A DNA stretch of 64,000 nucleotides from NCBI GenBank assembly GCA_027491915.1, contig JAOZGC010000001.1:1-64000 (forward strand), in the 5' to 3' direction. This DNA comes from Thermoproteota archaeon. Lineage in GTDB: Archaea; Korarchaeota; Korarchaeia; Korarchaeales; Korarchaeaceae. Under the pieces are notes generated by a model, which searched no databases, was not told where the DNA came from, and saw only the letters and a program-made list of their open reading frames with translations. The position numbers were made by a program, and so were the translations under genes. Shown here piece after piece: positions 8,983-18,364 of this stretch; the stretch's first letter is position 1; every line of letters starts with the position of its first letter.

Positions 8983-11183
8983 TCTTCCGCCCTCGGGATC
9001 TCTTCCTTCATCCCCTTCCTGCGCCTTATCTCCATTATGACATCCGTCATCATGCTCTTGGGGAGGGGTGCCCAGTGGGAAAACTTCGTCTGCCAGAAGG
9101 CCCTCCCCCCGGTGGCGCTGCGCATCTCGTTGCTGAACCCGCCTAACGTCTCCCTCACCGGGACGTAACCCTTGACGACGCTTATCCTACCCCTCTCCTC
9201 TATCCCGGTGACCCTGCCCCTCTTCTGCGAGAGGAGGCTCACCACGTTCCCTATCAGCTCGGGCGGGGTGGTCACCTGGATTTCGTATATGGGCTCCAGG
9301 AGGACCGGGTCGGCGCTCAGCAGGGCCCCGAAGATAGCCCTCCTTATGGCCGGAACCAACTGGGCCGGACCCCTGTGGGCCGGATCTTCGTGTATCATCG
9401 CGTTGACGAGCCTCACTATGACCCCCATGACCGGCTCCCCGGCCAGGGGACCCTCCCCCATGACCCAGTTGAACCCCTGCTTCAGTATCTCCCTGACCTC
9501 GTCCAACCTCTGGACGCCTACAGTCCTATTTATGAACAGATTGTGGTTCTCTTCATCCAACTTCCACACGTTCCTGGCGTCATCCGTCGGCAGACCCCCC
9601 ATCTCCCTCAGGAGCCTCGCCGCCCGTCTGGGATCCATCCTCTCCCTGACCTCGCCGGACCTCAGCAGCTCGAACAACTCGTCGCTCATCCTCTCGGCGG
9701 TTATCCAGATCCTGTTCAGCTTGTTGGGCGACTTCGCCAGGACCGGCTCGGGGGAGGCGCCCCTTATGCTCTCCCTGTAGACCACGGTCGGCTCGCTCAC
9801 CGTGAACCCTATCCCAGCCTTCTTGACCTCATACAGGGATACTTCCAGGTGGAGCTCCCCCGTCCCCTTGAGCAGGATCTCCCCCGTCTCCTGATTGTGG
9901 GTCATTATCAGATTCGGATCCTGGAGGGACAGTTTCCGGAGGGTGTCTATCAGCTTGGGCAGCTCGGCCGGGCTCTTGGCCTCCACGGCCACGGTCACGA
10001 CGGGCTCGGTGACGTATCTTATTGCCTCGAACCCGGACAGGACCCTGTCTTTTATCGACGGGGCCACCAGGGTCTCTCCGGAGCTGGCCGACTCGACCCC
10101 CAGCAGCGCCGCTATGTTCCCGGCCGGTATCTCGGGCATCCTCACCCTGTAGGGTCCCATGTAGAGGGAGGCCTGCTGGACCCTCTGAGTCTTCTTGGCG
10201 TTGAGTAGGTAAATCTCCTGCCCCTCTCTCACCCTGCCGCTGAAAACCCTGCCGGTGACCACTATCCCGGCGTGGGGATCAACCTTGGCGGCGTTCACGC
10301 CGATTATTAGCGGCCCATCGGGGTCGCAGGTTTTGAGGGCCTCTATTATCTCCTCATCGTGCTTGTCCTTCCATATCCTGTCTATCCTGTATGATTGAGC
10401 CTCTATGGGATTGGGAACGTGTCTTACGACCATGTCGAGCACGGACTCGTGCAGCGGGAGGTTGTTCTTCAGGAATTCCCTGTCGTCCCTCGAGTAGGCG
10501 TCGGTTATGTCGGAGAACTTGATCCCCTTCGCCTGGGCTATCCCGGCGGTCATCCCCCATCCGTGGAGGGCCGACCCGAAGGCCACGCTGTCGTTCTCCC
10601 ACCTTACCTTCCAATCCTCCCTGAACTGGGGCTCCGCGTAGGCCTCTATGAGATCGTTGAACTCCGATATTATCCTGGCCAACTTCCTCTGTATCTCCTG
10701 CGGCGAGAGCCTGAGCTCCTTTATCAGCCTGTCCACCTTGTTGATGAAGAGGAGGGGCCTGACCCTCTCCTCCAGGGCCTGCCTGGTGACCGTCTCGGTC
10801 TGGACCATCACCTCCTCCACCGCGTCCACCACCACGAGGGCGCCGTCTATCACCCTGAGGGACCTGGTGACGTGTCCCGTGAAGTCTATGTGCCCCGGCG
10901 TGTCCACCAGGTTTATGGCGAACGGCTTCCCGTCCTTCTCGTAGTAGAGGGACACGTTGGCCGCCTTTATGGTTATCCCCCTGGCCTGCTCTATCTCGTG
11001 GTAGTCGAGCCACCTCATCTCCCCCGCCATCTTACTGCTTATCATACCGGCCGCGGACAGCAGGCTGTCCGACAGGGTCGTCTTCCCGTGGTCCACGTGG
11101 GCGATTATCCCCATATTCTTTATGTTCCGGGGATCGCCCATGAGCCCGGACAGGTGCTCGACCAGCCTCTTGTACCTCTGCAA
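8964..11183 (-). CDS. fusA: Translation elongation factor aEF-2
   Basis: AHVDHGKTT, RGITI, DTPGH, NKVD, domain IV HEDPAHRGPAQ. Confidence 0.97.
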   Translation of the reverse strand: MQRYKRLVEHLSGLMGDPRNIKNMGIIAHVDHGKTTLSDSLLSAAGMISSKMAGEMRWLDYHEIEQARGITIKAANVSLYYEKDGKPFAINLVDTPGHIDFTGHVTRSLRVIDGALVVVDAVEEVMVQTETVTRQALEERVRPLLFINKVDRLIKELRLSPQEIQRKLARIISEFNDLIEAYAEPQFREDWKVRWENDSVAFGSALHGWGMTAGIAQAKGIKFSDITDAYSRDDREFLKNNLPLHESVLDMVVRHVPNPIEAQSYRIDRIWKDKHDEEIIEALKTCDPDGPLIIGVNAAKVDPHAGIVVTGRVFSGRVREGQEIYLLNAKKTQRVQQASLYMGPYRVRMPEIPAGNIAALLGVESASSGETLVAPSIKDRVLSGFEAIRYVTEPVVTVAVEAKSPAELPKLIDTLRKLSLQDPNLIMTHNQETGEILLKGTGELHLEVSLYEVKKAGIGFTVSEPTVVYRESIRGASPEPVLAKSPNKLNRIWITAERMSDELFELLRSGEVRERMDPRRAARLLREMGGLPTDDARNVWKLDEENHNLFINRTVGVQRLDEVREILKQGFNWVMGEGPLAGEPVMGVIVRLVNAMIHEDPAHRGPAQLVPAIRRAIFGALLSADPVLLEPIYEIQVTTPPELIGNVVSLLSQKRGRVTGIEERGRISVVKGYVPVRETLGGFSNEMRSATGGRAFWQTKFSHWAPLPKSMMTDVIMEIRRRKGMKEEIPRAEDYMDTL

Positions 11184-11278
11184 GTTGCCTCCACCCTTTC
11201 TCCGGGCCGGCTCCCTGAACCGGTTTAAAAAGGATTCCGGCCTCCCGACCTTAAATAGGGATCCCGCCGGGGGACCCG

Positions 11279-12565
11279 GTGGCGAGCTTGAGCAGACTGC
11301 CGGGGGTCGGCGGGACCCTTGAGCTGCTGCTTGGTCTGAGGAGGAACCCCTTTGTGGAGTCGTCTCTCCTGGGGATGGAGTCCCCCCTGTCCCTCCTAGT
11401 CGAGACGGAGATAGACCCCCCCCTCTACTCCTACGTCGAGGACGCCCTCTCTGGGATGGGGTCCGCCTTCGTCGCCATAACGGGTCCTCCCGGATCCGGT
11501 AGATCCTTCCGACTGGCCTGCATAGCCCAGAGATGCGGGGAGGAGGGCGCCAGACACATACTGTACGAGGTTAATCCCCTGGAGGGACCAGACGCGATAG
11601 ACGACCTGCTGAATCTGGCTTACCTGGAGAGCAGGAGCGTGAAGAAGAAGCTCAGGAAGCTGATACTCGGGGAGAGCGACCTCTCGGAGGAGGAGCTTGA
11701 GAGGCTCAGGACATCCCCGGCCGAGGCGGGAGAGGCGCTGGTGGACTTCCTGTCCAGCGTCAAACCGGTCGCGCTCCTCCTGGACGACGTCCAGAACGCC
11801 CTGATGGAGGGCGGGAGGTGGTCCTTCTTCTTCTTCGAGATGATAAGGGAGCTGGTCTCCCTGATGGGGGACGGAATGTTCGTGGCTATGACGACGAGCG
11901 ACGAGGCCTTCTCCTACCTGGAGAGGAAGCACCCGGCCCTGGTCTCCAGGCTGCACGAGAGGATATCTCTGGGTCCCCTGTCCGACGACCTGGCCATCCA
12001 GCTGGTGTCCAAGAGGCTCGAGTCGGCCAGGTCGAGGGAGCCGGAGTGGCCCCTGGACCCGGTCGAGGAGGAGGCCGTCAGGGCCGCGAACGCCGCGGCC
12101 CAGGGCAATCCCAAGAGGCTGCTGGAGATACTGGCGAAGGCCGTGGACGCCGCGGCCATACTGGGCCGCACGAGGATAACCGAGGAGATCATAGATCAGG
12201 TGGTGTCCGCCGACGCCCCCCTGCTCAGACTCCTGGAGAGGGTCCCGCCAAGGCTGAGGAGGGACGTCTGGGCGCTGGTCAAGAAGTTCGACGGGGGTCC
12301 GGTGGAGATAAGGAGGGTGGCCACCGAGGTGGAGATCCCGACCTCTCTGGAGTACCCCCGCCTGGAGTCCCTGGTGGCCATGGGGGTGTTGGCCAAGGAC
12401 AAATCGGGCAGGTACTACGTCCCGAGGAGGGTGCTGGAGGCCCCCCCTGATGCGACCGGGGAGGGAAGGGAAGAAGAGAGGCTGGAGAGGAGAATTGGCC
12501 CGCCGGGCGGACGGAAGGTGTCAAAATCCTTCCTCAGGCTACTCAGGAAGAGGAGGGGGGTCTGA
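11279..12565 (+). CDS. AAA+ family P-loop protein with probable C-terminal winged helix
   Basis: GLRRNPF, GPPGSGRS, LLLDD, ALVSRL, GNPKRLL. Confidence 0.7.
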   Translation: MASLSRLPGVGGTLELLLGLRRNPFVESSLLGMESPLSLLVETEIDPPLYSYVEDALSGMGSAFVAITGPPGSGRSFRLACIAQRCGEEGARHILYEVNPLEGPDAIDDLLNLAYLESRSVKKKLRKLILGESDLSEEELERLRTSPAEAGEALVDFLSSVKPVALLLDDVQNALMEGGRWSFFFFEMIRELVSLMGDGMFVAMTTSDEAFSYLERKHPALVSRLHERISLGPLSDDLAIQLVSKRLESARSREPEWPLDPVEEEAVRAANAAAQGNPKRLLEILAKAVDAAAILGRTRITEEIIDQVVSADAPLLRLLERVPPRLRRDVWALVKKFDGGPVEIRRVATEVEIPTSLEYPRLESLVAMGVLAKDKSGRYYVPRRVLEAPPDATGEGREEERLERRIGPPGGRKVSKSFLRLLRKRRGV

Positions 12566-12641
12566 GGGGAGATCTCCCCGGCCCCCGGGTTCTGGCTGGA
12601 AATCTTTTAACTAAGACGCCGGCGCCCCCCCCGGTGATTCC

Positions 12642-13358
12642 ATGAAGCCCGGAGCCGACCTGATCCGGCGCGCCCTGAGGGAGGGCAGGAAGGTCCTCCT
12701 CGAGCCGGAGGCGAAGGAGTTGGTGAGCCTCTACGGAATTGACGTTACCCGGGTGGCGGTGGCCCGGAGCGAGGACGAGGCGGTTCGACTCGCCGGGGAG
12801 ATCGGGTACCCCGTGGTGCTGAAGATCGTGTCGCCCGACGTCTTACACAAAAGCGACGTGGGCGGGGTCGCGGTCGGTTTGGAGTGTGAGGACGAGGTCA
12901 GGGAGGCGTACCGCCGGATACTGTCCAACGTGAGGTCCAGGGTTCCGTCCGCCAGGGTGGAGGGGATCCTCGTTCAGGAGTTCGCCCCGAAGGGGGTAGA
13001 GGTGATAATCGGATTGATGAGAGATCCGCAGTTCGGGCCGACCGTCATGTTCGGCCTAGGCGGGATCTTCGTCGAGATATTCAAGGACGTCTCCTTCCGG
13101 ATAGCCCCGCTGCGGGATCTGGACGCGGAGGAGATGATGAGGGAGATAAGATCCTTCCCCCTGCTGACGGGTTACAGGGGGGCTGAGCCCGTCGACCTGG
13201 AGGCCCTGAAGTCCGCCCTGATCAGGGTGGGGCAGGTGGGACTAGATCACCCGGAGGTATCCGAGATGGACCTGAACCCCGTCATGGCCTATCCGAAGGG
13301 ATTAAAGGTGGTGGACGCCAGGGTGATACTAAGCCCGTCCGGGGGTGAGGCGAGGTGA
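12642..13358 (+). CDS. acdB: ADP-forming acetyl-CoA synthetase beta subunit (ATP-grasp)
   Basis: LLEPEAK, GYPVVLKIVSPDVLHKSDVGGV, DPQFGP, FGLGG, EMDLNP, VDAR. Confidence 0.92.
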   Translation: MKPGADLIRRALREGRKVLLEPEAKELVSLYGIDVTRVAVARSEDEAVRLAGEIGYPVVLKIVSPDVLHKSDVGGVAVGLECEDEVREAYRRILSNVRSRVPSARVEGILVQEFAPKGVEVIIGLMRDPQFGPTVMFGLGGIFVEIFKDVSFRIAPLRDLDAEEMMREIRSFPLLTGYRGAEPVDLEALKSALIRVGQVGLDHPEVSEMDLNPVMAYPKGLKVVDARVILSPSGGEAR

Positions 13359-13561
13359 GAAGGATCTCGGAGCTCTACGACGTTCCCGTCTACAACCTCG
13401 ACGGCTTCTACATAGGAGACGTCGATGACCTGATATTCGACGACTCGGACGGCAGGCTCGCGGCCATCGTTGTGAGGCTGGACGAGAAGGGCAGGGAGAG
13501 GAGGACCATACCCTACTCCAGCGTCAAGGCCTGCGGGGACATATACCTGGTCGCGGTCTGA
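13355..13561 (+). CDS. Single PRC-barrel protein
   Basis: ISELYDVPVYNLDGFYIGDVDDLIFD...IPYSSVKACGDIYLV. Confidence 0.85.
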   Translation: MRRISELYDVPVYNLDGFYIGDVDDLIFDDSDGRLAAIVVRLDEKGRERRTIPYSSVKACGDIYLVAV

Positions 13562-13670
13562 CGGGATCCGTGGGGAAGCTTTTTTAATTGAGACCCGAGT
13601 GCCCCCACGGCCCGGCGGGGGCCGGCACCTGGGCGCTCGTCCGGACGACAGGATTCAAGGAGGAAGTTCC

Positions 13671-14600
13671 ATGGAAGCGGCCGAGGAGACCGTTGATGTC
13701 CTCAGGCAGAGATTGCACGATCTCAGGTCGAGGTTGAGATCCATAAGGGACGAGAGGGCCGGCATCATTGAGGAGCTCAAGTCCCTAAGGCAGAAGCGCA
13801 GGGAGATGATAGACAGGGTCAGGTCAATGAGGGAAGAGGCCAGGGAGCTGATAGAGAGGCGCAGGGAGATTTGGAGGGAGATAGACGAGATAAAGAGGCA
13901 GAAGGAGGAAGCCCTCAGTAACTACAGGAAGGCCAGGGAGACGGCCGAGGAGTGGAAGAGAAAGTACGACGACGTCGTCTCGGAGGTGGGGGTGCCGGAG
14001 AGGGTTCTCAGGAGGAGAATTGCCGCGCTCGAGCGAAGGATAGAGACCCAATCGCTGTCCATAGACGTCGAGAGAGAGCTCGTCATGAGGATAGGACACC
14101 TGGAGGCCCAGCTCCAATCCCTCGTGGCAGCCAAGGAGTTCAGGCGGAAGTACATAGAGGCGATGGCGGAGGCCGAGAGGTGGAGGTTCTTCGTCAGAGA
14201 TGCTAACGAGAGGATAAAGGAGAGGAGATCTCAGCTGAGAGAGCTCAGCGGCCAGATCTCTTCCATAATGAAAGAGTTGGACTCCACAAGGGCCGAGATA
14301 GATAAGCTGACCGAGGAGATTGCGGAGAAGAACAAAAAAGTTGATGAAATGAAGGCAGAGATGGATGTAATATTTAAACAAATTCAGGAAGTGAGGCAAA
14401 AGATGAAGGAAATTTACTCCGTAGAGACCGAGACCGTCAGGGAGGCCGAGGAGCGGATAAGGAAGAGGCTGGCCGAGGAGGCCCGCGAGAAGTACCGCGC
14501 CGGGGAGAAGCTGTCGTTCGAGGAGCTCAAGGCCCTGATGGAGACGGGGGGTCTGGGCGCGGCGGAGGGATCGGCGGAGTCTTCTCGGTCCGAGGCTTGA
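13671..14600 (+). CDS. Archaeal coiled-coil protein (COG1340-like)
   Basis: Heptad-rich; LERRIETQSLSIDVERELV; C-terminal YRAGEKLSFEEL; ATG after aggagg. Confidence 0.75.
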   Translation: MEAAEETVDVLRQRLHDLRSRLRSIRDERAGIIEELKSLRQKRREMIDRVRSMREEARELIERRREIWREIDEIKRQKEEALSNYRKARETAEEWKRKYDDVVSEVGVPERVLRRRIAALERRIETQSLSIDVERELVMRIGHLEAQLQSLVAAKEFRRKYIEAMAEAERWRFFVRDANERIKERRSQLRELSGQISSIMKELDSTRAEIDKLTEEIAEKNKKVDEMKAEMDVIFKQIQEVRQKMKEIYSVETETVREAEERIRKRLAEEAREKYRAGEKLSFEELKALMETGGLGAAEGSAESSRSEA

Positions 14601-14661
14601 CCTCTCCCCGCAATCCCCCCATTTTATTACCTTGGACCTCCACGTCCGAGTGGGAGGTTCC

Positions 14662-15804
14662 ATGGCCTCCGCGCAGGGGACCCAACCCCGACAGCCGAGG
14701 AGATTCTTGGTGCTCTGCGTAGACAGGGACGACGATCTCGGCTTCAAGACGGGGATAAGGGGTCCGGTCCTCGGGAAGGAGGCCAACATCCAGGCCGCCA
14801 TGAGGCTAGCGCTGGCCGATCCCGCTGAGGCGGACGCCAACGCCATATTCTACGCAGTCAAGGTTATGGAGGAGATCAAGGAAGAGATACCCGGGGTCGA
14901 GGTCGAGGTGGCAACCATAACCGGAGACCACAAGAGCGACTTGCTGGCGGGGACGGAGGTCATGAGGCAGCTGGAGCAGGTCGTCGGGGACTTCAAGCCG
15001 GATCACATAGTGCTGGTGTCGGACGGCGCTGACGACGAGAGGATACTCCCCATCCTGACCGGATTCGTCAGGAACGTTAGCGCCAGGAGGATCGTGGTTC
15101 AACAGCACCCCGAGCTCGAGGATACCTACTTCCTCCTCAAGAGATACATAGCCAAACTGCTGGAGAGCCCCAGTGCCAGGGTCTACGCCCTCGGGATCCC
15201 CGGATCCCTGATACTCCTGTCGGCGGTGCTCTCCCTGCTGAGGCTGGAGCGTTACCTCGCCGTCGGAATTGCCTCCGTCTTGGGGATCTTCCTGATGGAG
15301 AAGGGATTCTCCCTGAGGGCCAAGATATCCTCGCTCGTATCCTACTTCGGTAGGTCGGTGGGCGTCCTGTCCTTCCTCCTCGGACTGGGGGGGCTGGGCC
15401 TGGCGACCCTCCAGGTCTACCAGGTCGCCGTGTCCGAGTCAGCCGTCAAGCCAGCCATGCTGGTCGTGGCCGAGGCGCTCCGGGCCGGGAGCCTATACGT
15501 CTTCGTCTCCCTGGAGGTGATGTTCTTGGGGGCCGCCGCGGAGGCCTACATATCGCGCAAGAGCGACTACAGGGAGAGGCTGATCGGCGTGAGCACGGTC
15601 TTCTCCGGGTGGCTGGCCGTCCACTTCGTGGCCCTCTACCTCGAGGGCAGCGTCGGCCTGGTGACCTTGGTGCTGGGCCTGGCGGCCGCCTTCGCGTTCG
15701 CCGCCTCCTCCCTGATCTTCTTCCTCAGGCTCAGGTCGACCCGTACCGGATCGACCCCCGGCGGGGAGGCCCAGCCGACGGTGGCGATTCCCCTCACTTC
15801 CTGA
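14662..15804 (+). CDS. DUF373 family membrane protein
   Basis: LVLCVDRDDDLG.KTG, DPAEADAN, VSDGADDE, C-terminal TMs. Confidence 0.85.
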   Translation: MASAQGTQPRQPRRFLVLCVDRDDDLGFKTGIRGPVLGKEANIQAAMRLALADPAEADANAIFYAVKVMEEIKEEIPGVEVEVATITGDHKSDLLAGTEVMRQLEQVVGDFKPDHIVLVSDGADDERILPILTGFVRNVSARRIVVQQHPELEDTYFLLKRYIAKLLESPSARVYALGIPGSLILLSAVLSLLRLERYLAVGIASVLGIFLMEKGFSLRAKISSLVSYFGRSVGVLSFLLGLGGLGLATLQVYQVAVSESAVKPAMLVVAEALRAGSLYVFVSLEVMFLGAAAEAYISRKSDYRERLIGVSTVFSGWLAVHFVALYLEGSVGLVTLVLGLAAAFAFAASSLIFFLRLRSTRTGSTPGGEAQPTVAIPLTS

Positions 15805-16291
15805 CCGCCTGGGCGGACTCGGTCGGGAGCACCAGGTAGGAGTCGGCCGCCTTCTTCAGGGCAACGCTAAACCCGGGCTCCGCGCCGACCACTATCACCT
15901 CCTTACCCGCCTCCTTGGCCTTGTAGACGAGGGACACGTAGGCGGCGCTCCTGGTGACCAGCGCGATCGCGTCGATCTTCTTGTCCCCTATGGCCTCCAT
16001 CGCCGCTATGGAGAAGTCGACCTCCACCTTGCCCGGCGATATGACCGTCTTGTAACCGGCGTTGACCACCGCCTCCACCAGCTTCTCGGGAGCCTTCTTG
16101 TCCAGGACCACCACCTTTATCCGACACGAACCGAACCTCTGCAATCTCTCCGATATCTCCTCAAGATCGACCCCGACGTCCCTCCTGAGCATGTTCGGAC
16201 CGTCAACTACGACGGCGATCTTCTTGCCTCCTCCCCTCCTCCTGCCGACCCTCCTGAGGACTCTCAGGGGGCCGCCTCCGGATTCGCTCAT
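15794..16291 (-). CDS. TIGR00288-like NYN (PIN-fold) protein
   Basis: VVDGPNMLR, KLVEAVVNAG, KAKEAGKEVIVVGAEPGFSVALKKAAD. Confidence 0.85.
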   Translation of the reverse strand: MSESGGGPLRVLRRVGRRRGGGKKIAVVVDGPNMLRRDVGVDLEEISERLQRFGSCRIKVVVLDKKAPEKLVEAVVNAGYKTVISPGKVEVDFSIAAMEAIGDKKIDAIALVTRSAAYVSLVYKAKEAGKEVIVVGAEPGFSVALKKAADSYLVLPTESAQAVRK

Positions 16292-16368
16292 CCCTACGCC
16301 GGAAGGGCTCCAATATATTAAGCGGTTCGGGGAAAAGCAAAAATAGCGGGTTGGCCGCCGACGGTTGG

Positions 16369-16701
16369 ATGCTCTGTCCGGAGTGCGGCTCCCTGATGAG
16401 GCCGACCAAGAAGGGCGGGAAGATCGTCTTCGTCTGCCCGAACTGCGGGCATGAGGCGAGGCCGGGAGCCGGGGCCGGATTCAGCGTCACCTCAAAGGTC
16501 GTGTCTGACCCGGCGGAGAAGCCCGTGATAATAGACAACCCGGACGAGCTGATATCGCTGCCTAAGGTAAAGGTGATATGTCCCAACTGCGGCAACACGG
16601 AGGCCTGGCTCAGGATAGAGCAGACCAGGTCCGCCGACGAGCCGCCAACCAGGATATACACCTGCGTGAAGTGCAAGTACACCTGGAGGGAATACAGCTG
16701 A
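16369..16701 (+). CDS. tfs: Transcription factor S
   Basis: Two Zn ribbons; QTRSADEP acidic hairpin. Confidence 0.95.
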   Translation: MLCPECGSLMRPTKKGGKIVFVCPNCGHEARPGAGAGFSVTSKVVSDPAEKPVIIDNPDELISLPKVKVICPNCGNTEAWLRIEQTRSADEPPTRIYTCVKCKYTWREYS

Positions 16702-16724
16702 GCCGGACAGACTGAGCTAGTCGT

Positions 16725-16823
16725 CCCGAGGCGACTCGTACCAAGAATTGGCCGCTCTCCGGTCGGACGTCTGGCCCAACCTCTCCCTCTCAGCCCAGCG
16801 CCTATCCATCCGCCCGCCTCGGG
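16725..16823. ncRNA. Candidate small structured RNA closed by a 9-bp stem
   Basis: cccgaggcg / cgcctcggg inverted repeat in tfs-rsmB gap. Confidence 0.3.
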
Positions 16824-16923
16824 CTGGACCGAAACCGGATTTAGAACCCGCCACGGGGACCCCGGGAGACGCGTGGTGGATCGCGGCGCGATCCATTTTT
16901 GGCCTTCCCAGGTCGGAGGCTCT

Positions 16924-17877
16924 ATGGGGGTCTACGGGTTTCCCGCCGGGCTGCCGAAGAGACCGTTCGAGGAGAGGTACCGGAGGCTCCTGGGCCCGGA
17001 TTACGAGGCGTTCCTGAGGTATACGGCCAGGATGCCGGTCCCCTCCATAAGGGTCAACCCTATGAAGCTGGATCCGGACATCCTCCTCTCCAGGCTGAGG
17101 CGCGGGGGTTGGATCTTGGAGGGGCTGCCCTGGTACCGCCACGGTTTCAGGGTCATCTCAGGACCGGCCAAGCTGGGGAACACCCCGGAGCACCAGCTGG
17201 GTCTCTACTACGTTCAGGAGGCCGCGTCCATGGCGCCGCCCGTCGCCCTGGATCCCAGGCCCGGGGAGCGGGTGCTCGATCTGGCGGCGGCCCCCGGGTC
17301 CAAGACCACCCAGATGGCCGAGATGATGGGGTGGAGGGGGGTCGTCGTGGCGAACGACCCGTCCCCCTCCAGGGCCAACTCGCTGGCCGCCAACGTCCAG
17401 AGGATGGGGAGCATCAACGTCGTCGTCACCTCCTACGACGGGAGGACCATAACCAGGCATCTCGGGGAGGGCGTCTTCGACGCGGTGCTCCTCGACGCTC
17501 CCTGCTCTGCCGTGGGGGCGGCCAGGAGGGACTGGACTCCCCTCAGGAGGTGGAGCCTCAGGTCCGTCCGGAGAATCTCCAGGCTGCAGGTCTCCCTGGC
17601 CCTGGAGGCCCTGAGATCCCTCAGGCCCGGCGGGAGGATGGTGTACTCCACCTGCACGCTGGACCCCGAGGAAAACGAGTTCGTGATCCACAGGCTGCTG
17701 TCGGAAGGCGCCGAGGTGGAGGAGGTGTCCCTGCCTGGGATGGTCACGAGGCCCGGGTTGACCCGGTGGGAGGGTAGAGAACTAGATCCCTCCCTGGCCA
17801 GGACCGTCAGGATCTACCCCCAGGACAACGACACCGAGGCCTTCTTCATCGCCCTGCTGAGGAGGTCGAGATCTTGA
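16924..17877 (+). CDS. RsmB/NOP2/NSUN m5C RNA methyltransferase
   Basis: YYVQEAASM, LDLAAAPGSKTTQ, LLDAPCS, VYSTCT...ENE. Confidence 0.93.
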   Translation: MGVYGFPAGLPKRPFEERYRRLLGPDYEAFLRYTARMPVPSIRVNPMKLDPDILLSRLRRGGWILEGLPWYRHGFRVISGPAKLGNTPEHQLGLYYVQEAASMAPPVALDPRPGERVLDLAAAPGSKTTQMAEMMGWRGVVVANDPSPSRANSLAANVQRMGSINVVVTSYDGRTITRHLGEGVFDAVLLDAPCSAVGAARRDWTPLRRWSLRSVRRISRLQVSLALEALRSLRPGGRMVYSTCTLDPEENEFVIHRLLSEGAEVEEVSLPGMVTRPGLTRWEGRELDPSLARTVRIYPQDNDTEAFFIALLRRSRS

Positions 17878-18326
17878 GCTCCGAGGTCGGGGACGGGGTG
17901 GACCGCATCCTGGCCGCGCTCCGGGAGAGGTTCGGGCTGATCGGGGTTCCGGATGGGGCTGTCCTGATTCCCTCCGGAAGTCGCAAGTATCGGGTGGCCT
18001 CGGAGGAGGCGGCCGCGCTGACGGCTGGCCGGGTCATCGGGGTCTACGTGGTCAAGGATACCCCGATGGGTCCCCTGCTCAGCATCGAGGGTACGCAGAT
18101 CTTGGGTCCCCTGGCGAGGAAGAACGTCCTCTCCCTACCAGAGGACCTCCTCGACGATTGGATGCGCGGCGGGGACTTGGAGATCGGGGAGAGGGGTGAC
18201 CTGGAGCCCGGCCTGGTGATAGTCAGGTTCGGGGACCTGTTCGCCGGGTGCGGCCTCTACTCCCCACCCAAGCTGAGGAACATGGTGCCCCTCTCCAGGA
18301 GGATCTCCTCGGGCGGCGGGAGGTGA
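17874..18326 (+). CDS. NIP7/RsmF C-terminal-like PUA domain protein
   Basis: LSIEGTQILG..ARKNV, WMRGGDL, GCG...LRNMVP; coupled to m5C MTase. Confidence 0.65.
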   Translation: MSSEVGDGVDRILAALRERFGLIGVPDGAVLIPSGSRKYRVASEEAAALTAGRVIGVYVVKDTPMGPLLSIEGTQILGPLARKNVLSLPEDLLDDWMRGGDLEIGERGDLEPGLVIVRFGDLFAGCGLYSPPKLRNMVPLSRRISSGGGR

Positions 18327-18364
18327 GTTGGCGCGGGCTGCCAGCTCGCCCACCCACCGACCCC

